The position numbers and the translations under genes are program-made. Positions 22,101 through 28,592 of a stretch of DNA of 41,570 bases are shown in pieces; position 1 is the first letter of the stretch, and every line of letters begins with the position of its first letter. The stretch lies in the IMG/VR virus record IMGVR_UViG_3300045988_048710. The stretch is one strand, 5' to 3'. The stretch comes from a virus. The notes under the pieces were generated by a model. The model made no database searches and had not been told where the DNA came from. It saw only the letters and a program-made list of their open reading frames with translations.

Positions 22101-23786
22101 TATAAGTTTTCTTGCCCGCGCATTGTGGTTCTTAAAGATATCCCAGAACTTATCTGCAGACGCAATCTCAGTTGCAACTTCAATGCCTGCGCTGGTGAGT
22201 GCGTTTGTCATAGCCTTCTCCTGCGTCTGATTCTTGTCTGCAATGTTCTGACTGATAGAGGAAGCGTATGCATTCGCTCCGAATGGAGCAAGGGAAAGAG
22301 CACTTCTTCCAATTCTCGCCGCAACCCCTGATCCGCTTACAGCTCCACCAAGTGCTCCGGTTTCCCAGGATTCGGCAGAAGACATTCCGGCCGCATACAA
22401 GCCTCCAAGCAGCTTACTCTTCTGGTTGATGGCATTTTGTGTCGTAGACTGGTAATCCGTAGTTGCATTCGATGCTCCGAAGGCCACAGAGTTTACGTTC
22501 ATCGGGGACTTCTTATCCCGATATCCGCCGCCGTAATACTTTGCGGTCTCTCCGATTGCTCCGATTCCTGCATACGGGTTCAGGGTAAGCGCAGTTGCTG
22601 TGTTCTTGATCCCGCCGAGAATATTCTTTGCCGTGCTGTCCTGATGCACATTGTTGTAAGCTTCCTGCTTCTGCTGCTGCCTGTTGCTGTAATCATCGAG
22701 TTCCTTCCCATAGTAGGAGAGGTCATCAATATCATTATCGCTCAGACCGTATTTCTTCTTGACTGACTCACGGAAGGAATCTGCATCCTTCTGCGCCTGT
22801 TCTCCGAAATCGGTCTGAATATTGCTGGCAGACTCCGCAAGACCGGAGCTCCTCTGCATCTTCGCCTCAGATACCATCGAGTTGTACCTGCTGATATCTG
22901 TTCTGAGAGAGTCGCTGTTGTTCTTCCCTTTGGTCTTGAACACGTTTTCTGCATATTCGAGCTCCTGAGAATATGTCCGCTTTCCACTCTTGCTCGCCTC
23001 TTCCGCAGCCTCCTTGTCAGCCTGCTCCTGATCGTTCATCCCTTGCCACGTGCTGTACGTAGCATCATTAACGCCATATTTTTTCTTGAACTGGTCAGCA
23101 AGATTCTGCGCTTCCTGCTGGCTCTGCTTTGTCTTTCCTGTGATGCCGTTCAGGATTCCACCCGTGCTCTGTGTTTCCCCGATCTGAGAGAGCTCCTTCT
23201 TCTGCTCATCAGTGATTCCGGAATATGAATCCTGTGCAGCGAGAGCCTGCTGAGCACGATACGCCTTATACCCTGCCATCAGGTTCTTATATGCCTCATC
23301 GTCCACAGAATTTTCCTTCTTGAACTGGTTTGCCATATAATCCGATGTTGTATAGCCGCTGTATCGATCTCCTCCAGACGGAGTCATAGACTGTGCTGTG
23401 TAAATGTTCTCAAGTGCCGACTTTTGTGCAGTGCTTGCATTGCGATACATGTTGGATGCATCGATATCGCCCTGAGTGAATCCGTTCTGCAGGAGCCGGT
23501 TATTCCGCTGTTCCTCCATTTCTCTCTGATACTGCAGATATTTCTGCTGTGCCTGCAGGTTTTTCATGGCCTCACGACCAGCAATTGCAGCGGCATCTGG
23601 ACCGTTCTGCGCAATATCGGCATATCTCTGATTTACCTGTGCAGCACGAATAGACTGCTCCTCCTCAGAAGGAACAGCCCACGGCTCATAAGTAAAGCTT
23701 TCGCCTTCTTTTTTTCTGCGCTTTTCAATGTCGTCCACCGCCGAATTGATTGCTTTAAATGCTCTTGTTGCTGCCGAATATGCCAT
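13194..23786 (-). CDS. Giant 3,530-aa mosaic virion-associated (polyvalent / ejected) protein
   Basis: Single uninterrupted 10,593-nt ORF in the structural gene block. It contains repeated KKKYG(V/L)xD motifs, Gly/Ala-rich hydrophobic segments, an AT-rich cassette, a YHGT...YFT ART-like signature and a long C-terminal region. Confidence 0.8.
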   Translation of the reverse strand: MAYSAATRAFKAINSAVDDIEKRRKKEGESFTYEPWAVPSEEEQSIRAAQVNQRYADIAQNGPDAAAIAGREAMKNLQAQQKYLQYQREMEEQRNNRLLQNGFTQGDIDASNMYRNASTAQKSALENIYTAQSMTPSGGDRYSGYTTSDYMANQFKKENSVDDEAYKNLMAGYKAYRAQQALAAQDSYSGITDEQKKELSQIGETQSTGGILNGITGKTKQSQQEAQNLADQFKKKYGVNDATYSTWQGMNDQEQADKEAAEEASKSGKRTYSQELEYAENVFKTKGKNNSDSLRTDISRYNSMVSEAKMQRSSGLAESASNIQTDFGEQAQKDADSFRESVKKKYGLSDNDIDDLSYYGKELDDYSNRQQQKQEAYNNVHQDSTAKNILGGIKNTATALTLNPYAGIGAIGETAKYYGGGYRDKKSPMNVNSVAFGASNATTDYQSTTQNAINQKSKLLGGLYAAGMSSAESWETGALGGAVSGSGVAARIGRSALSLAPFGANAYASSISQNIADKNQTQEKAMTNALTSAGIEVATEIASADKFWDIFKNHNARARKLIVDYLVRAGIEGSEEVVGDIADNFMDAVNNGKNSDYNQSVRDYMMQGMSKDEAKKQSTKDQISEAARDFAVAALSGAMGAGIATASGYANDAYNSKTMFDGYTKEDYAQWAEGLDTDPTHYKNASTAQSAEMAKSLAEKMAQEDNATPRQKRELYEYYQDMQNTEMEAAAESEEKENRKDKIEGIKNKVGSFFGRNEAAEGQQAAEHTNTVESSDTQKTAMVEPQNVPEEHRTQSTDIEPNDAYAKMAAAQNGEELRNAYQEAVHSTNKDTREHADSDLQIVSGMLQKRGISEEEIESAKISTEDAYAAGYSGQEISENVPAAVKIAYNDGQKRAIEDRARQTLEARDSVKRTAAKQITDGARTIIEANYKDGMNASAYNDVVSSAINAGRTGMSYENYLKKAGSSVSIVGEDLAKKAYAAGLQVSVNDAVKEVARSMSEKTGVKTFGTGTFTDARSNTSEAFSGASVMQAVAKMTGLNVVLTDQNFREGENGYYKSGNSTIYINSERAENAASTLFHEVGEFASVWNQKEYAGVVSDIMKTSQDVLGTRTFNNIRQKYVNAYLGEEGKTDADVDKEMANDLIYQFLGNEKGMNKLMDQIDQNHGYKEAKSIKQKLADWVGHMVESIKNFLSDLNPNSYQRKMAEANLQNYEELQDAIVKSIANAEKSYSEAKAQSQQDVATDESAKRKSIEVLPDTINDDIEDNIRNFGDMKPVIDVPNNAFERGEKKLSEQVKEYFLENSNNGIVYGNVIGDVDIVAGIKSDIAHGVGRMKAMAFYAVPETIKKGVIVDYQKNRKQRGYDSLLLAAPIRIQNEAGNFENAVEMVAINRSNTDVQKFYFHEAFIINEDESLFKNGRPNRSLPVNDSSSSVYSIARRLIKGNGEGNSVNVDSDTKRMSKQIQEVQDEIADTKEKRDLTGDEKIEKTEDFIAVHNLTMDQLMKDINMGGFPSPSIAIIRSAMQHTRYGDVSVIFNRDTIDPERSKANKVYGGDAWTPTFPGIEYDVNEDKYYSVMHSVDDAMKGKVPEYLRAEAKRFNTPGMNSTAEKGGVDAVVEKAKDNYGMKAAYLASKGETIEDQVHQKEVRKYDDEKANRFDKMEEAIAPVEDEFLKDRSVLSARDMLQKYGGQIQQAYEAYAETVPEDQKKRWTGRVKRANEKAFFAHNIIDDITNAIDYYNNGNESHTENERDTAAIEKQIDSKVDPEGYDAWLRETYDGLIRDEGIYNGKDPFTASGTRKSFRQMHYAVTLENIVRAMNEAGAKAVGTFGGISAVREEAVKDFSSVAEMHQNEGMLRTMNQDEYRNMEGEYINQIRQISHRIARSGQNSLIQDDNAADAILDAVRTRKTAAGIEKALKSYGMNVYEGVGNDILNLMHKISEMPTEYFEAKPQRAVGLDEIAMVVAPDTITKEQTRTLNENRIPLQTYEAGNEDARHQVIEDLQDVRFSRPVQDSEGRNLSEGQQEFFKDSKLKDEYGRLLVMYHGTPQGGFTVFKPDISYFTANRDYAEEYARASSGNSRVNYTHDPEHKVYEVYLNAKKPFDTRDPKVRKVWEQEFFGKYSRTPLTDRGLLDWTDGYDIWDFIDDNDLDYDAVLLDEGSVPNGNGGTRWRGISYTVRDKNQIKNVDNKTPTDDSDIRRDIGIDDYVTDQELWSDYYDTKKSLIEVLRSGNEILKHSDIDKTAVRRIAREIKEQYHSNIDVNELSENLAKVFRYAQGQNYIDYDDLATVISEVASPVIDGSVTKVGAEEFKQFKNALQGVTYNLDSKQEAEVVSAFGSWGNFRKAIPGVKFTRDGSGVSLDGVWSTLVQETGYVLDMDTSSNDMPLALVDAYNSMKPEYQNAFGEDATQAAQDVAMEIVARYYQYSAGQEKLKLKAKQKQELLDQARRMAASNAEYRKKIKQEYQKRYEAELSKVKQSGGRSEPVSKQVAKLRARNARTVASIREEQRRKDELRRLRTPVKNIMDMLTSPTDKKHVPAFVQTPVLQLAAAFDFVPQTVRETADGKFSIRILESRDINADGSYSYKWRTIRADSREDAIAQYKKAMDENGLGSAENKSWQERLWAVQNLYQQDESDDWFERSELKQGLDKELGEKLGKILRDNQGMLSIAQLSSSELRTLNEVVRNVLHAVNQINRMYSKPSQHVSDIAHMVMDRTTSGVKGRREHFKPVATLVDTLTLDHAVAETYFHGIFGGKETDPITKTLYRAEDQKSRDIHQAQDYMADVCDRLATEKEMESWMNETKNYYGLDLTTTQIMSLYELSKRPDAQQHKIGGFVADESNREKVSGQRIPVHLTNEQIKEITDTLTPQQKQMADAMQYYLAHQCAEQGNETCMQLYGYEKFVDEHYFPMTTDKNTIATRDSNVTQGAINAIKNSGFTKDITPEADNPLVLRDIFMVYVDHVAQMATYHAWAAPLQDLIRFFNYNEKAYVEREDGQKFAFRNSVKDAIDYYYGKKGQEYFVKLISSINDREKSSFVGGNFYDMLTGHAKTAATLGNGRVIIQQPTAIFRAGEMISYEYLNAGIVGKYRKEAAELRDRTSDIFWLKNQGNIDGYITQSLVSTITGVKTTREKILDFAGKPASKADEITWAAIYRAVYAEQVDKLGEGKIGTKEFEDAVNDRYSDIVRRTQVYDSVITRSQFMRSPDTKNRMMSAFMAEPVKTYNMILRDMIDISQAEDERQVKKAKAHLVRVTAPVLLITHVINAAAMSFADAFRSAGDPDDEDKNFLRRFMDAMGFGNWLDEDASFGDKLKEFLNGNLVDNMDLLSNIPMVAQYWDATKEGVKSVLGESTYSSDSDLSMSGVKNFFKAVKAIVNPSEKMTTYGKVAALTRAFSDLSGYPLYAAQRDVVAIYNTLLGRTIEQLPVLQKTTKYTPKRQAKLDVYTAALESGGDYKKAVEDAVAQGNDYKAISSGISDTYKNTYLALKETNPNEAIKMKNRLVTLYVYLSDKAGTNKDKTTSEKTKYYSDNIDKWK

Positions 23787-23795
23787 ACTATTCTC

Positions 23796-25247
23796 CTATT
23801 TATTCTTCGAATATTTCTTCACAAGGTTCTGGAAGGTCGTTGTGTCAGTCTTGATTCCGTTTCTGTTGGCAAGGCTTGCAAGCTCATACGAGTTCTTGTT
23901 CGTTGCGGCCCATCTTGCGAGAGTGTCAAACTGCTGATCACGGTCCATTTCGCTGAATCTGTCCAAATCATTCGTAGACAGGTGATTGCCATCCGCAGAC
24001 GTTGCTCCATAATTTGATCTCACCGTTGAACTGTATGTGTTCTTGGCAGGAGTTGCGACCTTCGCGGACGATCCCGATCCGCCGTCAGAAGAGGAGTTGG
24101 TGGAACTGTTTGTTTTGCTCCACCCGGTCGCGTTGCTCCAGTTGTTCGAGACGCTGTTGTTCGCAGTCGCACTGTTCGACAGGCTGTTCGCCCAGTTCTT
24201 GCTGTCTGTGTGGCTGTTGGTGTCGCTCCAGCTCTTCGTGTCGGTCGAACTGTGGCTCCAGTTCTTGCTGTCCGTCTGACTCTTGTTCCATCCCTGCTGC
24301 TGGCTGTTCGCCCAGTTCGTGCTGCCGGTATTGGATGCGTTCGACTGCTCTGCATTTCTTTCGTTCCAGTACTCCTGATTCCAGTAGTTCCGGTCGCTCT
24401 GGTACTTGCTGTAGTCAAAATTCCGCTCGGTATCATAAGCAGACTGGTCAAAGCTACGGTCTTGCTGCCAGTCAGAGACATTGTTCCGGTACTGCTGATA
24501 CTCGTTGTTGTAGGCAGTATTCGTGAGGTTGTACTTGTCCTTGAGATCCTCGCCCTCTGCTTTCCATTCCTGATATGCCTGATTGCGGAGCTCCGGGATC
24601 ACGTTATTCAGCTGTTGCAGGTAGTTCTGGTACTGCTGCTGCGCTGCTGTCTGAGCATAGGAAGATCCGTACCCGCCGGTCAGCTTTGCAGCCTGCCCCA
24701 TCGTGTCCTGCATCGCAGTCCTCCCCTGCTGTCTATACTGGTCACGATACATGCGGTACATCGGATCCTCGTTGAAGTTGTACTTGAAAGGATCTCGCCC
24801 CATGAGGGAGTTGTACAGATTCTCCAGTTTGTCCTGATAGGATGACTGAAAAGGCCCCGGCTTGTTATTCAGCGTATTCTGAAGCCGGTCATACGTCTGC
24901 TGTACCTGTGGGGACTGCTGCCATTCCTTTGAGTACTTGTCGCGGTTTGCCAACGTGTTCTGATCAACCGTTCCGGAAGCCCAGGATTTTCCCGCAGTGC
25001 TGGAATTTGATCCGCCCTGCGTCTGGCTTGTGGATCCACTCTCCCCGTAGGTCTCAGAGTGGGACCCGCCGACCGTACTCGTTTCGGAGTGGGATCCTCC
25101 TTCCGTATGTGATGTGGTATTGGAAGAGCTTCCGCCCCAAGACCGGCCGGAGCTGCTGGTCTGCGAAGTGCTTGCGGACTGGCTCCCGCCGTTTGTGCTC
25201 GAACCGGAAGTAGTAGAAGAATTAGTTTTGCTATTACTTTTCGCCAT
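23796..25247 (-). CDS. 483-aa low-complexity S/T/N/Q/W-rich protein (candidate internal virion protein)
   Basis: Ser/Thr/Gly-rich N-terminus, Q/N/Y-rich centre, DSKNWS-type repeats and a globular-looking C-terminus. Its stop lies 10 nt before the giant gene start. Confidence 0.7.
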   Translation of the reverse strand: MAKSNSKTNSSTTSGSSTNGGSQSASTSQTSSSGRSWGGSSSNTTSHTEGGSHSETSTVGGSHSETYGESGSTSQTQGGSNSSTAGKSWASGTVDQNTLANRDKYSKEWQQSPQVQQTYDRLQNTLNNKPGPFQSSYQDKLENLYNSLMGRDPFKYNFNEDPMYRMYRDQYRQQGRTAMQDTMGQAAKLTGGYGSSYAQTAAQQQYQNYLQQLNNVIPELRNQAYQEWKAEGEDLKDKYNLTNTAYNNEYQQYRNNVSDWQQDRSFDQSAYDTERNFDYSKYQSDRNYWNQEYWNERNAEQSNASNTGSTNWANSQQQGWNKSQTDSKNWSHSSTDTKSWSDTNSHTDSKNWANSLSNSATANNSVSNNWSNATGWSKTNSSTNSSSDGGSGSSAKVATPAKNTYSSTVRSNYGATSADGNHLSTNDLDRFSEMDRDQQFDTLARWAATNKNSYELASLANRNGIKTDTTTFQNLVKKYSKNK

Positions 25248-25305
25248 CGTTTTCTCCTTGAAAATAAAGACAATTCCTTAGTTCATTGTGGAGAAATGAA
25301 GGCGT

Positions 25306-25340
25306 AAAAAATAGGGCACCCTCTTCCGAGAGGCCCTATA
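25306..25340 (-). terminator. Rho-independent terminator (contains motif copy C)
   Basis: The - strand reads TATAGGGCCTCT-cgga-AGAGGGTGCCCTAT followed by TTTTTT. Confidence 0.65.
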
Positions 25341-25357
25341 CATGTGTCATGTTAATG

Positions 25358-26059
25358 CTACCACTTGTATGTGTATCCGCCAGTAACCTCACCGTTTCCA
25401 TCACCGCAGTACTGACTTCCCATATTATCGTCGATTCCTCCGGTCGTCCGACGAAGCGTAATGGTACCTTCGTCGTAAGCCGCTTGAAAGTACTCTGTCC
25501 TTGATCCATGTGTAGTGAGATTGTAAGCACTAGGATCTGCCTGCACTGCTTTTATTCCTGCGCTGAATTTCGACTCACCAAACGCAGTATACTGTGCTTC
25601 CGTGTAGAATCCGTACCCGTTCGGATTTGCTTTTACGTCCTCACGGCCCTGCAGACGACCCGCATTGTAGGCTCCGCTCTGGTCTACGATTGCTTCCGTA
25701 TAATACCCGTCTGTGATGTCGTAATTCTCCTGCCCGGCACCGCCGTTCGTTGTGATCGATACTATTGCAGGAATCTTAATAGATGCAACGCCATCATTGA
25801 ACTTGTTCTGCGCCAACACCTCAATCGCTGCAGCAATGCCCGCCGGTGAGTTCTCTTCCGGTGTGACACCCAAACTCTTCAGCTTGTTCACCAGCGTGTC
25901 AACACCATCCTGAAAAGACTGCTGCATGGTCTCGATCTGTTTGTCCAAGGTCGTTGCATTGTCTTTCATGTAGACCGCTTCTGCTTTCGTGACAGGATAG
26001 ACCTTGTTGCCGTCCTTGTCAGTCAAATCTTGTATATAAGCTTTTATTGTTTCTGGCAT
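25358..26059 (-). CDS. Tail fiber / receptor-binding protein (233 aa)
   Basis: N-terminal DKDGNKVYPVTKAEAVY is a motif common at fiber N-termini in Firmicutes phages. GGGAGGG RBS. Confidence 0.5.
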   Translation of the reverse strand: MPETIKAYIQDLTDKDGNKVYPVTKAEAVYMKDNATTLDKQIETMQQSFQDGVDTLVNKLKSLGVTPEENSPAGIAAAIEVLAQNKFNDGVASIKIPAIVSITTNGGAGQENYDITDGYYTEAIVDQSGAYNAGRLQGREDVKANPNGYGFYTEAQYTAFGESKFSAGIKAVQADPSAYNLTTHGSRTEYFQAAYDEGTITLRRTTGGIDDNMGSQYCGDGNGEVTGGYTYKW

Positions 26060-26234
26060 ATTTCCCTCCCTAAATCCCCGGCTATTGCCGGGGATGATTA
26101 CTAATTGATAAAGATGCCTATTCCTGCTCCGCGAACCACAAGTACATCGCCTTTTTTAGGTCGCGAAGCAAAACACTCTTTAAAAATATTGACCTTTTTT
26201 TCATGGATTCAAATGCTTGCTTAACTCCATTCTC

Positions 26235-26621
26235 TTATTTTAAAATTATGAAGGAAGCAACATCAAAATAAGATGTATATTGTGGCGCTGATGGAGTCCA
26301 CGTTATCTTTTCACCTTTTTTAACATCTGCAAATATACCCAGTTTATAATTTACGTTGTAAGTGCAACCTGCATATATTGTCTTTCCAGTTCCTTCATAC
26401 TTGAATGCCCCACCACTAAACGATCCGCCTCCTTCTAGATATACAAATGCACAATCTTCCGGAGCTATAAACGTGGATACCCCGGTATTGTGATCATGAG
26501 TAATACAATTCAATCGCTGTAATGGCGATGTATCGTATGCATTAGATGCGCTAATTGGATGTCTTACTTTATCGGGGTCAATGCCATTACCCCCTCCCCC
26601 ACGACACGGATAGAAGCTCAT
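26235..26621 (-). CDS. Hypothetical beta-rich protein in an AT-rich island (128 aa)
   Basis: MSFYPCRGGGGNGIDPDKV... The surrounding DNA (about 26100-26640) is visibly more AT-rich than its flanks. TAATG coupling to the upstream gene. Confidence 0.55.
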   Translation of the reverse strand: MSFYPCRGGGGNGIDPDKVRHPISASNAYDTSPLQRLNCITHDHNTGVSTFIAPEDCAFVYLEGGGSFSGGAFKYEGTGKTIYAGCTYNVNYKLGIFADVKKGEKITWTPSAPQYTSYFDVASFIILK

Positions 26622-26755
26622 TATACAAGCTCCTCTCCGAACAGCAGAAGGTACTGCTCTCTCACGGCTGCTTTGTACTGCTCATCTACATCCTCGATGG
26701 TCTTAGACCCACGATAGATGCATCTTGCCAAAATACGTGCCTTTGCTTTGCTCAT
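26621..26755 (-). CDS. XkdX-like small tail-associated protein (44 aa), not in the ORF track
   Basis: My translation is MSKAKARILARCIYRGSKTIEDVDEQYKAAVREQYLLLFGEELV, which resembles the XkdX pattern (Y..G..T.EDV...Y....G). Confidence 0.4.
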   Translation of the reverse strand: MSKAKARILARCIYRGSKTIEDVDEQYKAAVREQYLLLFGEELV

Positions 26756-26767
26756 GTTCGTCCCTCC

Positions 26768-27085
26768 TTATGCGATCAGATCAGCCATAGCGTCCTCAAG
26801 GTCGCTTACTCTCTGCTCCAGAATTTCCTTTTCTGTCAGGTCTCTGACTGTGAATCTCGCTACGATCTTACCGTCCGTACCAAGCTCTACCTGTGCTCCG
26901 GTATATACCACTTCGGTGACAGGCTCACCATCAAAAGTTCCACCGATGAGGTTGTCCGCTACTTCGAACTGTGCCTTGATCGCGTCCAGCGCCGCGAAGG
27001 TGGTTGCATCGAAAACCAGAGTGTTGATAGTAGAAGTATCGCGAAAGTCGAAAGTTTTTCCATTTTTGAACGTCAGTGTTTTCAT
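26768..27085 (-). CDS. Hypothetical tail-fiber-associated protein (105 aa)
   Basis: ATG 27085 (MKTLTFKNGKTFDF) after AAAAGGAGAAAAA. Follows the fiber gene. Confidence 0.55.
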   Translation of the reverse strand: MKTLTFKNGKTFDFRDTSTINTLVFDATTFAALDAIKAQFEVADNLIGGTFDGEPVTEVVYTGAQVELGTDGKIVARFTVRDLTEKEILEQRVSDLEDAMADLIA

Positions 27086-27101
27086 AGTAGTTTTTCTCCT
27101 T

Positions 27102-28592
27102 TTAATTTCTGACTGTAACACACACATCAAATGCACTTTCCTGTGCATCGAATGTTACCGTGCAAGTTCCTGCTGTTGCTGTTACGCTAGTCGGCGAAAT
27201 TCCGTAAACTGTCGTCCACGGAGTTATCAGGGAATTTTCCGTAATGCTCGCATCTTTGAAAGTCAGCGTCCCGCCGGAAGCCGTGAGAGACTGCGCAGGA
27301 AGAACTTTTGATATGCCGCCAAGTTTCCCCTCAAGCGCTGTAAGCAATTCGCTGATCACTTTGTTCTGCAGAGGATTAGTACTCGTTGTGGAAAGCTCTG
27401 AGTCAACAATCGTTTTATTAGCTCCACTTTCAATCCCGTCGAGTTTATCATTGATCGTAGTGATCTGCGCATCGATAACTTTATTCTGGACTGGATTCGT
27501 GCTGGTCGAAGATAAAGCAGTATCGACGATCGTCTTATTTGCCCCCTCCTCTATTCCATTAAGTTTCTCGTTGATTTCGACGATGGCTTTATTGACTACC
27601 TTGTTCTGGACTGGATTCGTGCTGGTCGAAGATAAAGCAGTATCGACGATCGTCTTATTTGCCCCGGCGTCTATTCCATCAAGCTTTTCGTTGATCTTGG
27701 CAATGGCTTCATGGACTGCCTTACTCTGGACTGGATTTACGCTGGACGGTGACAGCGCAGCATCTACTACAGTCTTGTTGGCCCCTTCTTCAACCCCATC
27801 AAGCTTGTTCTTGTCGGCGGACGACATCAAGCCATTTGCTGATGAGTTTGCCGTATCCGTTGACGGAACTCCAAGCTTCCTTCTTGCATCCGCAGCCGTA
27901 GCTCCTCCGGTACCTCCATGTGCCACAGATAATGTTCCGGAGATCCCGACAGAAACATCTTTTGTTCCGTCGAAAGAATATCCTCCTTCAAGTTCGAGAC
28001 TTGCAGTGATTTTCCTCCCCTGAGAAAGCTTGGACGCAGCAACAGCTGTACCTTCATAAGGAAGTGCCCCGACCATCTCAGCAGTGTAGTCTCCGTCCGG
28101 AGGAGTGACCGCTCCGCTTCTTCCGTTCCACGAATTAACTCCTGCGGAAGACACGCTGTTTCTCGCTATATCTGCCCAGTATTTCGCGTTGTTGGTGTCT
28201 GTGCCGACCTTCTCCGTACTCGATGGGCCGACTGCCCACGACTTGGCAACAGATGCAGCAGAGGTGGCGTTTCCTTCTGATATGTCAACGGATGTTTTTA
28301 CCTTCGCAGCGTCATCAGCACTTTTTTTAGCACTCTTGGCAGACGAAATAGCGGACTCAGATTTTTCTGCCGCCAAGGAAGCAGACTGCTCTGCAGAAGC
28401 GTTTGCTTTCTCAGCACGGTCCGCATAGCTTGCAGACGCTTCCTTGTCCGCATCCAGATCCTCCTTCGTGGCCTTGATCGTATCAATGTACTGATCAATC
28501 TCTTTCTTTGCTTCAGCCCCGGAGAAATCAAAACGCTCGACTTCTCCCCTCTTTCCACGTCTTGCATAGATATCTTTAATTGATTTGCTCAT
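27102..28592 (-). CDS. Tail fiber with four 40-aa tandem repeats
   Basis: The Ala/Ser-rich N-terminal coiled region is followed by four copies of LDGIExGANKTIVDxALSSTSTNPVQNKV. Confidence 0.8.
   Translation of the reverse strand: MSKSIKDIYARRGKRGEVERFDFSGAEAKKEIDQYIDTIKATKEDLDADKEASASYADRAEKANASAEQSASLAAEKSESAISSAKSAKKSADDAAKVKTSVDISEGNATSAASVAKSWAVGPSSTEKVGTDTNNAKYWADIARNSVSSAGVNSWNGRSGAVTPPDGDYTAEMVGALPYEGTAVAASKLSQGRKITASLELEGGYSFDGTKDVSVGISGTLSVAHGGTGGATAADARRKLGVPSTDTANSSANGLMSSADKNKLDGVEEGANKTVVDAALSPSSVNPVQSKAVHEAIAKINEKLDGIDAGANKTIVDTALSSTSTNPVQNKVVNKAIVEINEKLNGIEEGANKTIVDTALSSTSTNPVQNKVIDAQITTINDKLDGIESGANKTIVDSELSTTSTNPLQNKVISELLTALEGKLGGISKVLPAQSLTASGGTLTFKDASITENSLITPWTTVYGISPTSVTATAGTCTVTFDAQESAFDVCVTVRN
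27318..27812. repeat. 120-bp tandem repeats inside the fiber gene (about 4 copies)
   Basis: For example 27481-27545 and 27601-27665 are nearly identical (ctggactggattcgtgctggtcgaagataaagcagtatcgacgatcgtcttatttgcccc). Confidence 0.8.

Noticed and set aside
13194-23786. Giant ORF read as a tape measure protein
   Set aside because: No tail tube, sheath or chaperone genes accompany it. It lies after the fiber genes, not between chaperones and a baseplate. It contains enzyme-like modules. A 3,530-aa tape measure would imply an implausibly long tail.
13194-23786. Giant ORF read as an N4-like virion RNA polymerase or a crAss-like two-barrel RNAP
   Set aside because: The size matches N4 gp50, but I could not find T7-like motifs (T/DxxGR, RxxxKxxxxxxxYG, HD). 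The only DxDxD strings (DNDID, DNDLD) sit in a repeat motif and in the ART-like module, without a barrel context. This remains open until profile or structure searches are run.
24002-24845. Multiple long ORFs on both strands within the 483-aa gene region
   Set aside because: They arise from low-complexity, stop-poor sequence. Only the 23796-25247 frame has a start context, operon coupling and a coherent C-terminal domain.
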